Shown here: piece after piece, positions 30,331 through 41,067 of the stretch
Layout: each line of letters opens with the position of its first letter
Position numbering within the stretch: the first letter of the stretch is position 1
Source: Candidatus Marinacidobacterales bacterium
GTDB taxonomy: Bacteria; Acidobacteriota; Vicinamibacteria; Marinacidobacterales; SMYC01
Assembly: GCA_965237955.1 (NCBI GenBank)
Contig: OZ250169.1
Coordinates: 6,752,001-6,816,000 of the forward strand
Length of the DNA stretch: 64,000 nucleotides
Direction of reading: 5' to 3'
Notes under the pieces: model-generated
Database searches by the model: none
Seen by the model: the letters and a program-made list of their open reading frames with translations, nothing else
Told to the model about the DNA's origin: nothing
Made by a program: the position numbers and the translations under genes

Positions 30331-30667
30331 CTGCGTGCACCGCGACGCTCAGGCGTCTTCCATATTCCGGCGAGCCTTCTCGATTAGCTCCGGTGTGACT
30401 TCCGTGATGCCGTGCTCGCCAGCAGGTGCCGAGAGCCCGGAGAGCCTCGCCTTTCTCCAAGAGCACGGGTTCAACTACCTCGCGAACGCATGCATCATGC
30501 TCGAAAGCCGTCTCGCGACACGCTGACAATTTGTCACCGCACTACCAAGAAGTGGTCTCGTCTCCCTGACAGAAATTGTCGAACGCCGTTATACCGCGCC
30601 CTTGGCGGACGGCACACCGACAGAAATCGTCATCGCTCCTGATGGCATTCCCACGCAGTCAACCGAC

Positions 30668-30683
30668 TGGCACGTTTCGTGTA
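30668..30683 (+). promoter_or_regulatory. Possible sigma54 promoter
   Basis: TGGCACGTTTCGTGTA (GG-N10-GT) just upstream of ATG 30698. Confidence 0.4.
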
Positions 30684-30697
30684 ATAGCTCTTGCATT

Positions 30698-31893
30698 ATG
30701 GACAGCACGGCGTTGGCAATTTCGTTTCTCGAGTCTTTGCATCCCCGCCTACATCTCTTGCTCTATCTCTTGGCTTTCTGGCTTCTCTATCGCACGCGTA
30801 TCCTGCACGCGATCGTTGGCGCGGCGGACGTCGTGCTCGGCCGACGGCTGAGCAAAGGCCTGACCCTCGTGAGCGCACGATACGCCGAGGTCGTCGGCGA
30901 CTGGGCGCGCGCGGGTCAGCTGCACGAGGAGCTCTGCAACCCTCATCGCGCGATCGAGTGCTTCGAGCTCGCGGAAGACTACGAACGGTGCGCCGAGATC
31001 TGCCTCGCGCTAGGTCGTAACGACTACGCGGCCGAGTGGCTCGAGCTCGCGGGCGATCCGCGCCGTGCAGGCGATCTGTTCGACGAAGCATTCTTGTTCG
31101 ACAAGGCGGCGGGCGCGTATCTGAACGCGGGCGCCCATCTGCGCGCGGCGTCCGCCTTTGTCAGGAGCGGCGCCTACGCGCGCGCGGCCGAGCTCTATAG
31201 CGCGCACGGCGCATTCGAGCTCGCGGGCGAGGCGTTCGAGAACGCCGAGCAATTCGAGCAAGCGGCCGAGTGCTTCGAAAAGACCTTGCACGAAGCGGGC
31301 GATCTGCAGTCTTTGACGACAACGACCGCAGAGCGCGAATCGGCGGCGCGGGCCTCCTTGCGCGCCGCCGAGTGCTACAAGCGCGCCGGTAAACCCGCGC
31401 GAGCACTCGATGTTCTCGCCAAAGGCCAGCACCACGAGCTCGCCGCGAACGTCGCCGCGGGGACTATCGGGAGGCAGCACGGCTCTACCAAGACAGCGGC
31501 AACCGGAAAAAAGCAGCGGCCATGTACACGCTCGCGGGCGAGCCGCTCGCGGCGCTCCGCGTCGAGGCCGAGCACCACCTGGAAATGGGACGCCCCCGGG
31601 CCGGCGCCGAGTGTCTGCGACGAGCCGGCGACTCGGAGCGCGCGGCCGAAGTGTTTCAAAGCCTGGGCGAGATCCAGCGTGCCGCGGAATGCTTAGTCGA
31701 CGGCGGCGCGTTCGAGCGCGCCGGCGAGCTATTGCGGCGTCCGAGCTGCCAGACGAGGCCGCCTTCCGCTACCCGCTATCCGCTTCCCGGTCCGCTCACC
31801 GATGCTGCATCCGCCGATCCGCCGGCCTCACATCACACCGACATCGACGCAGCCGAACAAGGCACGACGCAAAGCAGACCGGAGAGCGGATAG
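30698..31893 (+). pseudogene. Membrane-anchored TPR/SNAP-like repeat protein, frameshifted near 31460 and truncated
   Basis: Repeats AAELY/AGEAFE/AAECF/AAEVFQSLGEIQRAAEC continuing in a second frame. Confidence 0.7.
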
Positions 31894-32164
31894 CGGACAG
31901 CTGGAGCGCGACGGGAAAGTGTTCGTCCAATGCGAGCGCGATGCGAACGGCGATCTCACGGTTCGCGTGGGTGGAAACGCCATTCAGGTCATGGATGGCC
32001 AGCTGTACGCGTAGGCGCCGCACTTCTCCGGAACGTTACCAAATGTAGCACCACCCCGGAATCGGATGTCCTCGCCAAGCCCCTGTGTTTGTGCGCTTTA
32101 ACCCTCATTCCCGCGTTTGGCCCGCGACTTGCAATAATCATGGTTGAACACCAGGAGGTGAATC

Positions 32165-32359
32165 ATGTTGAGGCAAGGACCCATGACGCCAACGGTGTAC
32201 GTCGAGACCAGCGAGAGTCGCCTCAATCCGCAGGCGATCGTCAAGATCATGTGGGACGATTCGCACGTCGAGCGCCAAAGCTTCGCGACGCTCGCGGAGG
32301 CGCTCGAGTTCGCGCATAGCCTCTGCGACACCGAGGACGACGGCATAGCCACCGTCTAA
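32165..32359 (+). CDS. Small hypothetical protein (64 aa), paralog of 32559-32786
   Basis: Strong RBS GGAGGTG; similarity to neighbour. Confidence 0.65.
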   Translation: MLRQGPMTPTVYVETSESRLNPQAIVKIMWDDSHVERQSFATLAEALEFAHSLCDTEDDGIATV

Positions 32360-32558
32360 TCCCGAGCGTCTCAAGAGTCACCTTCGCGGGACAACCGCAT
32401 TTCAAAAGTAAACGTGTCGGATGCGGCAGGTCTACGCTAGTTTGCCGGTAAATCGTTGAAACGCAGCCGCTTACGACTCCTACACCCGACTCACTCCGTT
32501 GGCCCAGAGTTTGCATAAGTGCTTGTCTGGGAAGGGGATGGGTTCTCGGGGCGACTCG

Positions 32559-32786
32559 ATGAAATCCGCAGACAACTCTTTAGCCACTCCAATCGATCTA
32601 GAGCGCGGTGTATTCGTCGAAGCCTGCCAGGACGGATGGGATCCACAGACCGTCGTGCGTCAGCTCGTGTGGCGCGGAGACGCAGTCCATGAAGAGCTCA
32701 CGGTCTTTCCGTCGTTGCGCGAGGCGCTCGCCTACGCACAGCAAGCGTTCGCGACGCAGGACGGCCCCGAGCCATCCCCCGCCTAG
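32559..32786 (+). CDS. Small hypothetical protein (75 aa)
   Basis: Shares V(Y/F)VE..PQ..V...W...F..L.EAL..A pattern with 32165-32359; TAG stop is the IS630 insertion site. Confidence 0.6.
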   Translation: MKSADNSLATPIDLERGVFVEACQDGWDPQTVVRQLVWRGDAVHEELTVFPSLREALAYAQQAFATQDGPEPSPA

Positions 32787-33971
32787 CCCCATGGAACATA
32801 AAAAGATAGACAACACCGGCACTTCTGTGATCTGCTAAATGCATGAAACACAAGGGCCGGCGAAAAGCCGAATTGAAGCTGTCGTCTCAAGAAAGCGAAG
32901 CGCTGACGCGACTGGCGCGACGCAGCCGTAGTTCGCCGCACCAAGCCTTCCGAGCGAAGATCGTGCTGGATTGCGCGGCGGGTCTGACGGATATGGAAGT
33001 TGCTAGGAAGATGCACACCATGAGGAGCACGGTGGGCAAGTGGCGAAGACGCTTTGTAGAACAACGAATGGAAGGGTTGTACGACGAACCTCGGCCGGGA
33101 GCGGCTCGCAAAATCGGCGATGACCAGATCGAGGAAGTCGTGACCAAGACGCTGGAGACGACTCCAAAGGGGAGAACCCATTGGAGTACGCGCTCGATGG
33201 CCAAGCATCTTGGGCTGAGTCATTCGACGATTGGACGTATTTGGCGAACGTTCGGGCTTCAACCGCACCGCTCGGAATCGTTTCGTCTCTCGCAAGACCC
33301 ACAACTGGTCGAAAAAGTACGCGACGTTGTTGGCCTGTATATGAACCCACCGGATAACGCGGTCGTCCTGTGCGTCGACGAGAAATCGCAGATTCAAGCG
33401 CTCGAGCGTGCTCAACCTGTCCTGCCCATGAGCTTGGGCCAGCCCGAGCGACAAACCCACGACTACATTCGGCATGGAACGACTGACCTGTTTGCCGCAC
33501 TCGACGCCGCAACAGGTGAAGTCTTCGGAAAGTGCTACGCGCGACATCGAGCGCTAGAGTTCAAGAAGTTCCTCGCTGAGATCGAAGCAGCCGTTCCCAG
33601 CGAGTTGGACATCCACGTCGTGCTCGACAATCTCGCCACGCACAAGACACCGGCGATCAAACGCTGGCTTTCCAAGCGACCTCGGTTCCACTTTCACTTC
33701 ACACCGACACACGCCTCTTGGCTCAACTTCGCTGAGCGCTTCTTTGGCTTGCTCACCGAACACGCCTTGCGACGAGGCTCGCACACGAGCGTGCCTCAGC
33801 TCCGCCGTTGCGATACAAGACTATCTCGATGCTCACAACGAGAACCCAAAGCCGTTCAAGTGGACGAAATCCGCCGACCAAATCCTCGAAACCATCGCTC
33901 GGTTCGCCCAGCGAACGCTCGATACACATGGCAAATCGAATTTGGACAGTAATTAAAGATCCGGGGGACTA
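32784..33971 (+). mobile_element. IS630 family insertion sequence in CTAG (TA duplication)
   Basis: CTAG at 32783-32786 and 33969-33972; imperfect IRs. Confidence 0.88.
32843..33952 (+). pseudogene. IS630 transposase with frameshift near 33805
   Basis: [41 protein letters not shown]; canonical tail [18 protein letters not shown] is in another frame. Confidence 0.9.
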
Positions 33972-33991
33972 GCCCGTGGTAACCTCCCCGC

Positions 33992-34271
33992 TTGAATTGC
34001 TCGGAGGATTTCGGTCCCTTTCACAGTAAAACCTGGCTCAACTGTTCTCATCAAGGCGCGCTACCGCTGGTTGCGGCCGAGGCAGCGATGGAAGCCATCG
34101 CGTGGAAGCAGGCGCCTTACAACCTCACCTCGAAGCGATTCACTGACGTTCCGGCTCGGCTGAGATCGGCGCTTTCGAAGCTTCTCGGCGCACCTCTACG
34201 ACACCACCGACGACATCGACCGCGCGCTGGTCGCGCTCACCACACTCCGTCGAAACCGTAGCGCTTGGTGA
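33992..34271 (+). pseudogene. Class V aminotransferase/cysteine desulfurase-like gene collapsed by internal deletion
   Basis: N-terminus WLNCSHQGALP...LSKLLGA joined at about 34190 to C-terminal HLYDTTDDIDRALVAL. Confidence 0.7.
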
Positions 34272-35709
34272 GCTCGGCTTCGGGAGACGTTCGACCTCGA
34301 GGCTCGGCGGAGGATGGTTTCTCACGGGGGATGAACTCACCGCTTCCCTTCTCCACCTGGAGCTCACCGTTGTCGACGACGAGCCGACCCCGGCTCAGAA
34401 CTTGTACGGGCCAACCGCGGACTTTTTTGCCTTCGTACGGTGTGTAGCCCACGTTGTCGTGGAGGTTCTCCCACGCGATCGTGACCTCTTGGTTCGCATC
34501 CCAAATCACGAGATCGGCGTCGGCGCCAATGGAAATGCTGCCCTTGCGTGGGAACATTCCGTAGAGCTTCGCGGCCCGCGTCGATGTGAGCTCGACGAAG
34601 CGATGAAGGTCGATGCGGTTTTTCAAAACCCCCTCGGAGAAGAGTAGCGGCATGCGCACTTCGAGCCCCGGAACGCCGTTCGCGATTTTGTTGAACGGTG
34701 CATCTTCACCTTGCGAGAGCTTTCCGGTCTCGTCGAATCGATACGGAGCGTGATCCGACGAGAACACTTGGAACGTGCCATCCGCGAGCCCTCGCCACAT
34801 CGCTTTTTGCGACGCTTCGTCACGGGGCGGCGGGCTGCAGCAGCACATCGCTCCGGCCATGTCCGGCTGGTCGAGATCTTCTGCGGTGAGAAATAAATAT
34901 TACGGGCACGTTTCGGCGAAAACCTTGAGGCCGCCCCGTTGCGCACGCTGGATGGCGCTCATCCCTTCTTCGGCGGAGACGTGGACGTTCAAACAAGGCG
35001 CGTCGAGAAACTCCGCGAGCGAGATCGCCCGGGACGTAGCCTCGCCCTCGGCGATCCGCGGATGGCTGACCGCATGGAACTTCGGTGCCACCGCGCCGTG
35101 GTCGAGAAGGCGCTCGGTGAGCCAGCGAATGAGATCGTGGTTCTCCGCGTGGACCATCGTGAGCGCGCCTTCGCGCCGCGCCAAGGAGAAGACGTCGAGC
35201 ATCTGGTAGTCGTCGAGACGGAGCGCATCGTAGGTCATATAGACCTTGAACGACGTGTAGCCGTTTCGGATGAGCTCGGGAAGCTCGTCTTTCAGCACCG
35301 TCTCGGTCGGGTCCGAGATGATGAGATGAAAGGAGTAGTCGATGACAGCCTTTTCCTTCGCCCGCGCGTGGTAGTCGCTCAGGACTTTCGGCAGCGAGTC
35401 GCCTTTGTGCTGCGCCGCGAAAGAAAGGATGGTCGTGGTGCCGCCGTGCGCGGCGGAGACGGTCCCAGTGTAGAAATCGTCGGCGCACATGATGCCCGAC
35501 GAAGACAGTTGCTCGATGTGGGTGTGGCTATCGATCCCGCCGGGAAAAACATAGTTCCCGTCCGCGTCGATCTCGCGCTTGCCCTTTCCGAGCTTCTTGC
35601 CGATCGCTGCGATCGTGCCTCGCTCGACGCCGATATCGCAGAACACTTCCTCGGTTGCGGTGACGACGTTCCCGTCGCGAATCACTAAATCGAAGTCCAT
35701 GAAGTCCAT
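34237..35709 (-). pseudogene. hydA: Dihydropyrimidinase/D-hydantoinase with in-frame TAA at 34900-34902
   Basis: PGGIDSHTH, SFKVYMTY, VHAEN, ETCP*YLFL (normally ETCPQYL), SSDHAP, GADADLVIWD. Confidence 0.9.
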
Positions 35710-35742
35710 AAGGGGGCGTATGGTAGCATCCCGGCCGAGCCT

Positions 35743-37518
35743 ATGCCGTTAGCGCCCATCGATTGGTTCATCATCGTCGCCTACTTCGTCATCGCGCTCG
35801 CCGTCGGCCTCTACTACCGCAAGCGCGCGGGTGAGAGCCTCTCCGAGTTCTTTCTGTCCGGGCGCTCGCTTCCCTGGTGGATCGCCGGGACTTCTATGGT
35901 CGCGACATCGTTCGCCGCCGACACACCGCTCGCGGTGACCGGCCTCATCGCGCGCCACGGCATCGCCGGCAACTGGTTCTGGTGGTCGTTCGCCCTCGGC
36001 GGGATGGTGACCGTGTTCGTCTACGCTCGCCTGTGGCGCCGCGCCGGGGTCATGACCGACGTCGAGCTCGTCGAGCTCCGCTACGGCGGCAAACCCGCCG
36101 CGTTTCTTCGCGGCTTTCGATCGATCTACATCGCGCTTCTGGTGAACTCGATCATCGTTGGCTGGGTTACAGCGGCAATGCTCAACGTGCTCAAATTCAC
36201 GGTGTTCTCGGGCACCGAGGCCGGATCGGGTGCGAGCGACTGGTTCATCATCCTCGTCTTGTTCGCCATCGTCGGCGTCTACAGCACGCTTTCAGGCCTC
36301 TGGGGTGTGGTCATCACCGACTTCATTCAGTTCATCGTCGCCATGGTGGGCTCGATCGTGTTCGCGGCGTACTGCGTCCGCCACGTGGGCGGCTTGGACG
36401 CCTTGCGCGAGCGCCTGACCACGGGCTATGACGGCGGTGAGCAGATTCTGCGGTTTCTCCCCGACTTCACTGCCGCCGAGCCGTGGATGCCCCTGAACAT
36501 CTTTCTAATAATGTTGTTCGTTCAGTGGTGGGCGTCGTGGTACCCGGGCTCGGAGCCCGGTGGCGGCGGCTCCACCGTGCAGCGCATGGCGTCTTGCCGA
36601 AGCGAGCGCGACTCGCTTCTGGCGACGTTATGGTTCCAGCTCGCGCACTACTGCCTGCGCCCGTGGCCGTGGCTTCTCGTCGCGTTGACGGCGCTGGCTG
36701 TCTATCCCGACCTGCGCCAGCTCGACGACCCCGGCGTTGGCTATCCCATGCTCATCCGCGACATCGCGCCCCCGGGGCTTCGTGGGGTCATGCTCGTCGT
36801 TTTCTTCGCGGCGTTCATGTCGACGCTCAGCACCCAAATCAACTGGGCGGCGTCGTATCTAGTCGGCGATTTCTACCGGCGTTTTCTGAAACCCGAAGCC
36901 GACGACCGGCACCTCGCGCGCGTTTCGAGGCTTGCGACGTTATTCGTGATGGTCGTGTGCGCGGGCGCCGCTTGGCTCATGCGCGGCATCGCCGTCGATG
37001 AGGCGTGGAAGTTTCTCGCCGCGCTCGGGGCCGGCACCGGGGCGGTCTTCATGCTCCGGTGGTTCTGGTGGCGCATCAACGCGTGGTCCGAGATCAGCGC
37101 GATGATCGCGTCACTCATCTACTTCGTCATCGTGAGCCAGTACGTCGAAGCGAACGAGCACCGCCTCGCGATCGTCGCCGCGCTGACGATCCCGACGTGG
37201 CTCTTCGTGACGTTTCTTACCCGGCCCGAGAAAGACGAGACGCTCGACACGTTCTACGACCAGATTCGTCCGGGTGGCGCGGGGTGGAAACCCGTCGCGG
37301 CAAGGAAGCCCGGGGTCGACGTTGATCAACACCTCGTCTGGTCGATCATCGCTGCGTTCCTCGCCACGGCGGTCGTCTACCTGACGATCCCGGGGGTTGG
37401 AATGATGCTCTTCGGTCAGTACGGCCGGGGTCTACTCGCGTTGAGCGGCGCGGTCGGGTGCGCGGTCGCCACGTACCAGATCGTCCACCGCATCGGCTGG
37501 GAGAAGATGACGCGGTAG
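35743..37518 (+). CDS. Sodium:solute symporter family protein
   Basis: FFLSGRSLPWW, SMVATSFAADTP, WGVVITD, AAFMST, about 14 TM. Confidence 0.93.
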   Translation: MPLAPIDWFIIVAYFVIALAVGLYYRKRAGESLSEFFLSGRSLPWWIAGTSMVATSFAADTPLAVTGLIARHGIAGNWFWWSFALGGMVTVFVYARLWRRAGVMTDVELVELRYGGKPAAFLRGFRSIYIALLVNSIIVGWVTAAMLNVLKFTVFSGTEAGSGASDWFIILVLFAIVGVYSTLSGLWGVVITDFIQFIVAMVGSIVFAAYCVRHVGGLDALRERLTTGYDGGEQILRFLPDFTAAEPWMPLNIFLIMLFVQWWASWYPGSEPGGGGSTVQRMASCRSERDSLLATLWFQLAHYCLRPWPWLLVALTALAVYPDLRQLDDPGVGYPMLIRDIAPPGLRGVMLVVFFAAFMSTLSTQINWAASYLVGDFYRRFLKPEADDRHLARVSRLATLFVMVVCAGAAWLMRGIAVDEAWKFLAALGAGTGAVFMLRWFWWRINAWSEISAMIASLIYFVIVSQYVEANEHRLAIVAALTIPTWLFVTFLTRPEKDETLDTFYDQIRPGGAGWKPVAARKPGVDVDQHLVWSIIAAFLATAVVYLTIPGVGMMLFGQYGRGLLALSGAVGCAVATYQIVHRIGWEKMTR

Positions 37519-37520
37519 GC

Positions 37521-37624
37521 CCCTGGGAGCATCGTGGAAGCGCTGATCGGCTAGGCCGTGCCTGACTCACGTGAGTCACGCTTTCCGCAGGATTTCCACA
37601 GCCTTTTTGGCAGTTTTTCCACAG
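37521..37624 (+). repeat. Diverged duplicate of methyltransferase 3' end plus palindromic element (MITE-empty site)
   Basis: GCATCGTGGAAGCGC..GGCTAG then TGACTCACGTGAGTCACGCTTTCC.CAGGATTTCCACAGCC, matching 39181-39214 + 39345-39412. Confidence 0.85.
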
Positions 37625-37659
37625 ATTCGGCCAGGAAACGGTCGGCGGTATCGAGAAGA

Positions 37660-37860
37660 GGCCCAGGTTCGTTCGGTAAATCAAGACTTCGTCGCCGTAG
37701 ACTATTCGGCCATCCTCCATAAGCCGCTATTCGGCACGGAAAACTATGTGACACCACCGAATCGCGCTAGCAGAATTTCGTGGAGGGAAGCCAACGTTTC
37801 GGCTTCTACCGGCCGCCTGTCATTGAAGAAGATCCGTATGTAGAGCTCATATTCTTTCAC
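37660..37860 (-). pseudogene. Conserved-looking small protein, inactivated (TAG at 37744, frameshift, truncated)
   Basis: VKEYELYIRIFFNDRRPVE...ARFGGVT*FSVPNSGLWRM; start overlaps upstream small gene. Confidence 0.5.
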
Positions 37861-38059
37861 CGGACAATCCCCCTATGGGCGGGACGTCCGTCAAGCGACT
37901 CACCTCTTGAAACACAATTCCCGCATCGCGCAGTGGTTTGGCTGCGCCGCCTGAAATGATGTACGTGCTGTTCGGTAGCACGGTGCCGCGTGAATGGCGC
38001 AAGAGGATAGGAAGAGCCTTGAGCTCCTCGGGCTTCGTTAGACGTACGACGAGATCCAT
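37847..38059 (-). CDS. Small hypothetical protein (70 aa), first gene of a TA-like bicistron
   Basis: RBS AGGAG, ATG 38059, overlaps downstream GTG. Confidence 0.55.
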   Translation of the reverse strand: MDLVVRLTKPEELKALPILLRHSRGTVLPNSTYIISGGAAKPLRDAGIVFQEVSRLTDVPPIGGLSGERI

Positions 38060-38188
38060 GGATTCGCTCCTGGTTAGTGTATCGGGTTCTTCAATCTTGT
38101 GGCCCTGTGGGCCCGTGGACCCCGGGGTTTGTGCAGTCGGAGCACACTCTGGTAGCATCCCCGCCACGTATTCAACGGAGTACTGACG

Positions 38189-39214
38189 ATGAGTGAAAAC
38201 GGACCGAACGAACCGAATCCGCGCGAAGCGCTTCTTCAGATGGTGAACTCGTACTTGATCTCGCAGGCGCTCTACGTCGCCGCCAAGCTCGGCATTGCCG
38301 ACTTGCTCGCCGACGGCCCCAAGAGCTCCGACGAGATCGCCGCCGCCGTGGATTGCCACCCGCCGTCGGTCTATCGCGTTCTCCGAAGTGTGGCGGGTGT
38401 GGGCGTATTCGCGGAGGGCGAGGACGGTCGTTTCGAGCTCACCCCGATGGGTGACCTCCTGAGGAGCGATACCGAGGGCTCCTTGAAAGGTTGGACCATC
38501 ATCCGCGGTGAGCCCTTTCTCTGGCGGCCGTGGGGCGAGATCCTCCACAGCGTCAAGACGGGCCGTTCCGCGTTCGACCATGTCTTCGGGAAAGGGGTCT
38601 TCGACTACCTTGGCGAAAACCAGGACGTTGCCCGCATGTTCGATAACGCCATGCGCTCGATCTCTCACGGGAAGTTCGAGGCGGTGGCCGAGGCTTACGA
38701 CTTCTCCGACGTCGAAACGCTGGTGGACGTTGGTGGCGGCAACGGCGGGATGATGACGGCGATCCTCAAAGCCAATACTCACTTGAAGGGAACGATTGCG
38801 GAGCTCCCCCAAGTCGTCGATCACGCCAAGGAACGGATGGAAGAGGCCGGACTCACCGAACGCTGCGAGTGCGTTCCGGTCGACATGTTCGAGAGCGTCC
38901 CGGCAAGCGACGCTTACATCCTGGGGAACGTCATCCACGATTGGGACGACGAGCGCTAGATCACCATCTTGAGCAATTGCCGTAAAGCCATGCCGGACGG
39001 CGGCAGAGTCCTGCTCGTCGAGTTGGTGCTGACGCCCGGCAACGAGTTCCATCTCGGGAAGCTCGTCGATGTCGAGATGCTCGTCATGACCGAAGGCGGC
39101 CTCGAACGCACGGAGGCCGGGTACCAGAAGCTCTTCGAATCGGCCGGCCTGCGCCTGCACGCCGTGTACGAGACGCCAACCCCTTAGGGCATCGTGGAAG
39201 CGCGGGTGGGCTAG
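38189..39214 (+). pseudogene. O-methyltransferase (dimerisation + Methyltransf_2) with two in-frame TAGs (38957, 39185)
   Basis: ALYVAAKLGIAD, LVDVGGGNG, DMFESVP, IHDWDDER*, GGLERTEA. Confidence 0.88.
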
Positions 39215-39342
39215 TCCCCTGTATCAGAACAAACTAGATAAAGCAGAGCTTGCCGAAACCATTCTAAGTGCATGAATCTTATGAATCTTATGGGCTGGCG
39301 AAAAGCCTAACTTTGTATAGTAATCAAAGATCCGGGGGACTA
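39212..39342. mobile_element. About 130-bp MITE related to the IS630 in this window
   Basis: CTAG-flanked; IR TAGTCCCC.G.ATC; right end AGTAATCAAAGATCCGGGGGACTAG matches the IS630 right end at 24/25 nt. Confidence 0.88.
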
Positions 39343-39344
39343 GG

Positions 39345-39412
39345 TCCAACGTGACTCACGTGAGTCACGCTTTCCACAGGATTTCCACAGCCTTTTTTGG
39401 CAGTTTTCCGCA
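39345..39412. repeat. Palindromic element copy 2 with perfect 20-bp palindrome
   Basis: CGTGACTCACGTGAGTCACG at 39350-39369. Confidence 0.8.
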
Positions 39413-39429
39413 GTTTGGCGCACACCTGT

Positions 39430-39905
39430 GCGCTGGAATCGTGCTAACCTCTCCCGCCCAGGATCACGGCTGGGAGACTCGTTTGGGTCGATCGCGACGG
39501 CAACGCCGAGCCGCTACCTGCGGATGCGCTCCCCTTCATGCGAGCCGAGCTGTCACCCGACGGGAGCTTGGTGGCGCTCGACGTCGAGTCGGCGAGAGGC
39601 GACGTTTGGATCTACGACACGGTACGGGACGTCAGGACGCGCTTGACGTTCGAGTGGCTCAACTTGCTCGTGGGATGGCATCCGGACGGCAAGCAAATCT
39701 TGTTTCGCACATCCGCGGGCACCGACAACTAGCTGAGCCAGGTGGCGGTGGACGGAAGCGGGAACGTCGAGCGGCTCGGGACAAGTAACGATCCGGTGAG
39801 GTACGGTCTCAGTTCCTGGTCGCCCGACGGCGAGTATTTAGCGTAGGTGGAGATCCATCCCTCCACCGGGTCGGATATCTGGGTCGTTTCGTCGGATCGT
39901 TCCTA
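39430..39905 (+). pseudogene. TolB/PD40 beta-propeller fragment with in-frame TAGs (39730, 39844)
   Basis: LSPDGSLVA, DVWIYD..TRLTF, WHPDGKQI, SWSPDGEYLA, SDIWV. Confidence 0.75.
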
Positions 39906-40340
39906 GTCCGTAGGTCGGCACAGTGTCCCATCGATCTTGGGATTGTGCGGCAGTTGCATCGTCAGCACTGGATGTTGACCGACCGGCACGTACGCCTTGA
40001 CGAACTCTAAGAACAAGTACGCCACATCGTCACCAGGATAGTAGCAGCCCTCGATCGTCGTTGGCTTGACGTCCGTCAACTGTTGGACCCGAAACGGAAC
40101 AAACGATCGACCGTCCGCATCGGTAGCGGGTTGCCATGTCAGAAGCCGCAGCTCCGGCGGCTCGACGACAACGCGGGCTCGACTGAAACTGAACAGAGGC
40201 CGAATCCCTCTTTTTTGAAGGGGCTCCAGGACGAGCTCGTCGATGCGCTCTCGGGCGTCGGGCCGAATATCCGGGGACGTGACGTTAGCGCTCAGCGAGA
40301 AGGCCAAAAACAGAACGCTCATTGCGGCTAGGCGTTTCAT
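39903..40340 (-). CDS. Secreted hypothetical protein
   Basis: RBS AAGGAG; signal peptide MKRLAAMSVLFLAFSLSA. Confidence 0.65.
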   Translation of the reverse strand: MKRLAAMSVLFLAFSLSANVTSPDIRPDARERIDELVLEPLQKRGIRPLFSFSRARVVVEPPELRLLTWQPATDADGRSFVPFRVQQLTDVKPTTIEGCYYPGDDVAYLFLEFVKAYVPVGQHPVLTMQLPHNPKIDGTLCRPTD

Positions 40341-40959
40341 GGTGACTCCTTTCGTGTGTGTTGCGAATCCATAGCTCCGCCAGGGCAGCGTTGCCGACAA
40401 CGCTGAGCCAGACGGACGCGATGTAGTTGGTTTCATAGGGCAACTCAAGAAGCTGGAATGCGAGGTGATAGACGCGGAACGAAATCGCGCTCGCAACTTG
40501 GGCGTAGGAGTGCACGGCTGCGGCTCGATGACGCGGCTCATCGCCGCGACGAGCCGAGCGGATGGCCTCGACCATCGTCATCCCCAAGATCACGGCGGAC
40601 AGAACAAAGCCCGACCCCGACGCCCAGCCGTACTTCGAGTAGGGGGCAAGATAAACGCCGGTTGGAACCATCATGAAGAGAATGATGGACGCGTAGCCTC
40701 TGCCGAGGACTCGGTGTAGTCTCGGCCAGCGCTCCCTAGCGCGCCGCGCCAGGAGAACGAGTCCCGCAGGCAAGCAGACGAGGCCGCAAGCGACGTGCAT
40801 TTTCAAGGTCACCAACCACAGCGCGTCGAGGCTCAACGGCATGCGCTCGAGCAAGAACGGATGGCGTATCCCCGGAAGTAGATAAGGCAGACTACTCGCG
40901 ATAAGAAGCGCACCGCCGGAAATCACCACGAGCCATGTCGCTCTCTTCATCAACTCCAT
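40285..40959 (-). CDS. DUF2306-like membrane protein
   Basis: LHRVLGRGY, AIRSARRGDEPRHR...SYA....FR pattern; 5-6 TM. Confidence 0.75.
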   Translation of the reverse strand: MELMKRATWLVVISGGALLIASSLPYLLPGIRHPFLLERMPLSLDALWLVTLKMHVACGLVCLPAGLVLLARRARERWPRLHRVLGRGYASIILFMMVPTGVYLAPYSKYGWASGSGFVLSAVILGMTMVEAIRSARRGDEPRHRAAAVHSYAQVASAISFRVYHLAFQLLELPYETNYIASVWLSVVGNAALAELWIRNTHERSHHETPSRNERSVFGLLAER

Positions 40960-41067
40960 GAATTCATGGTGCCCTAGATCTGCCCGACGTAGCGTAAAAG
41001 GGGCGTAAAAGCCGTATTTGCAGCGTGCCTGTCGTCGCTCTAACATCCTTTGAGAGGAGACTCGTTG

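Noticed and set aside
30335-30526. Short ORF resembling the C-terminus of a CoA-binding protein
   Set aside because: Too short and eroded to call; treated as debris
37744-39846. Five in-frame TAG codons in about 2 kb, suggesting amber recoding or pyrrolysine
   Set aside because: They replace apparently different residues, many intact genes end in TAG, premature TAA and TGA also occur, and no pyl genes are present; TAG is the expected commonest nonsense product in GC-rich codons
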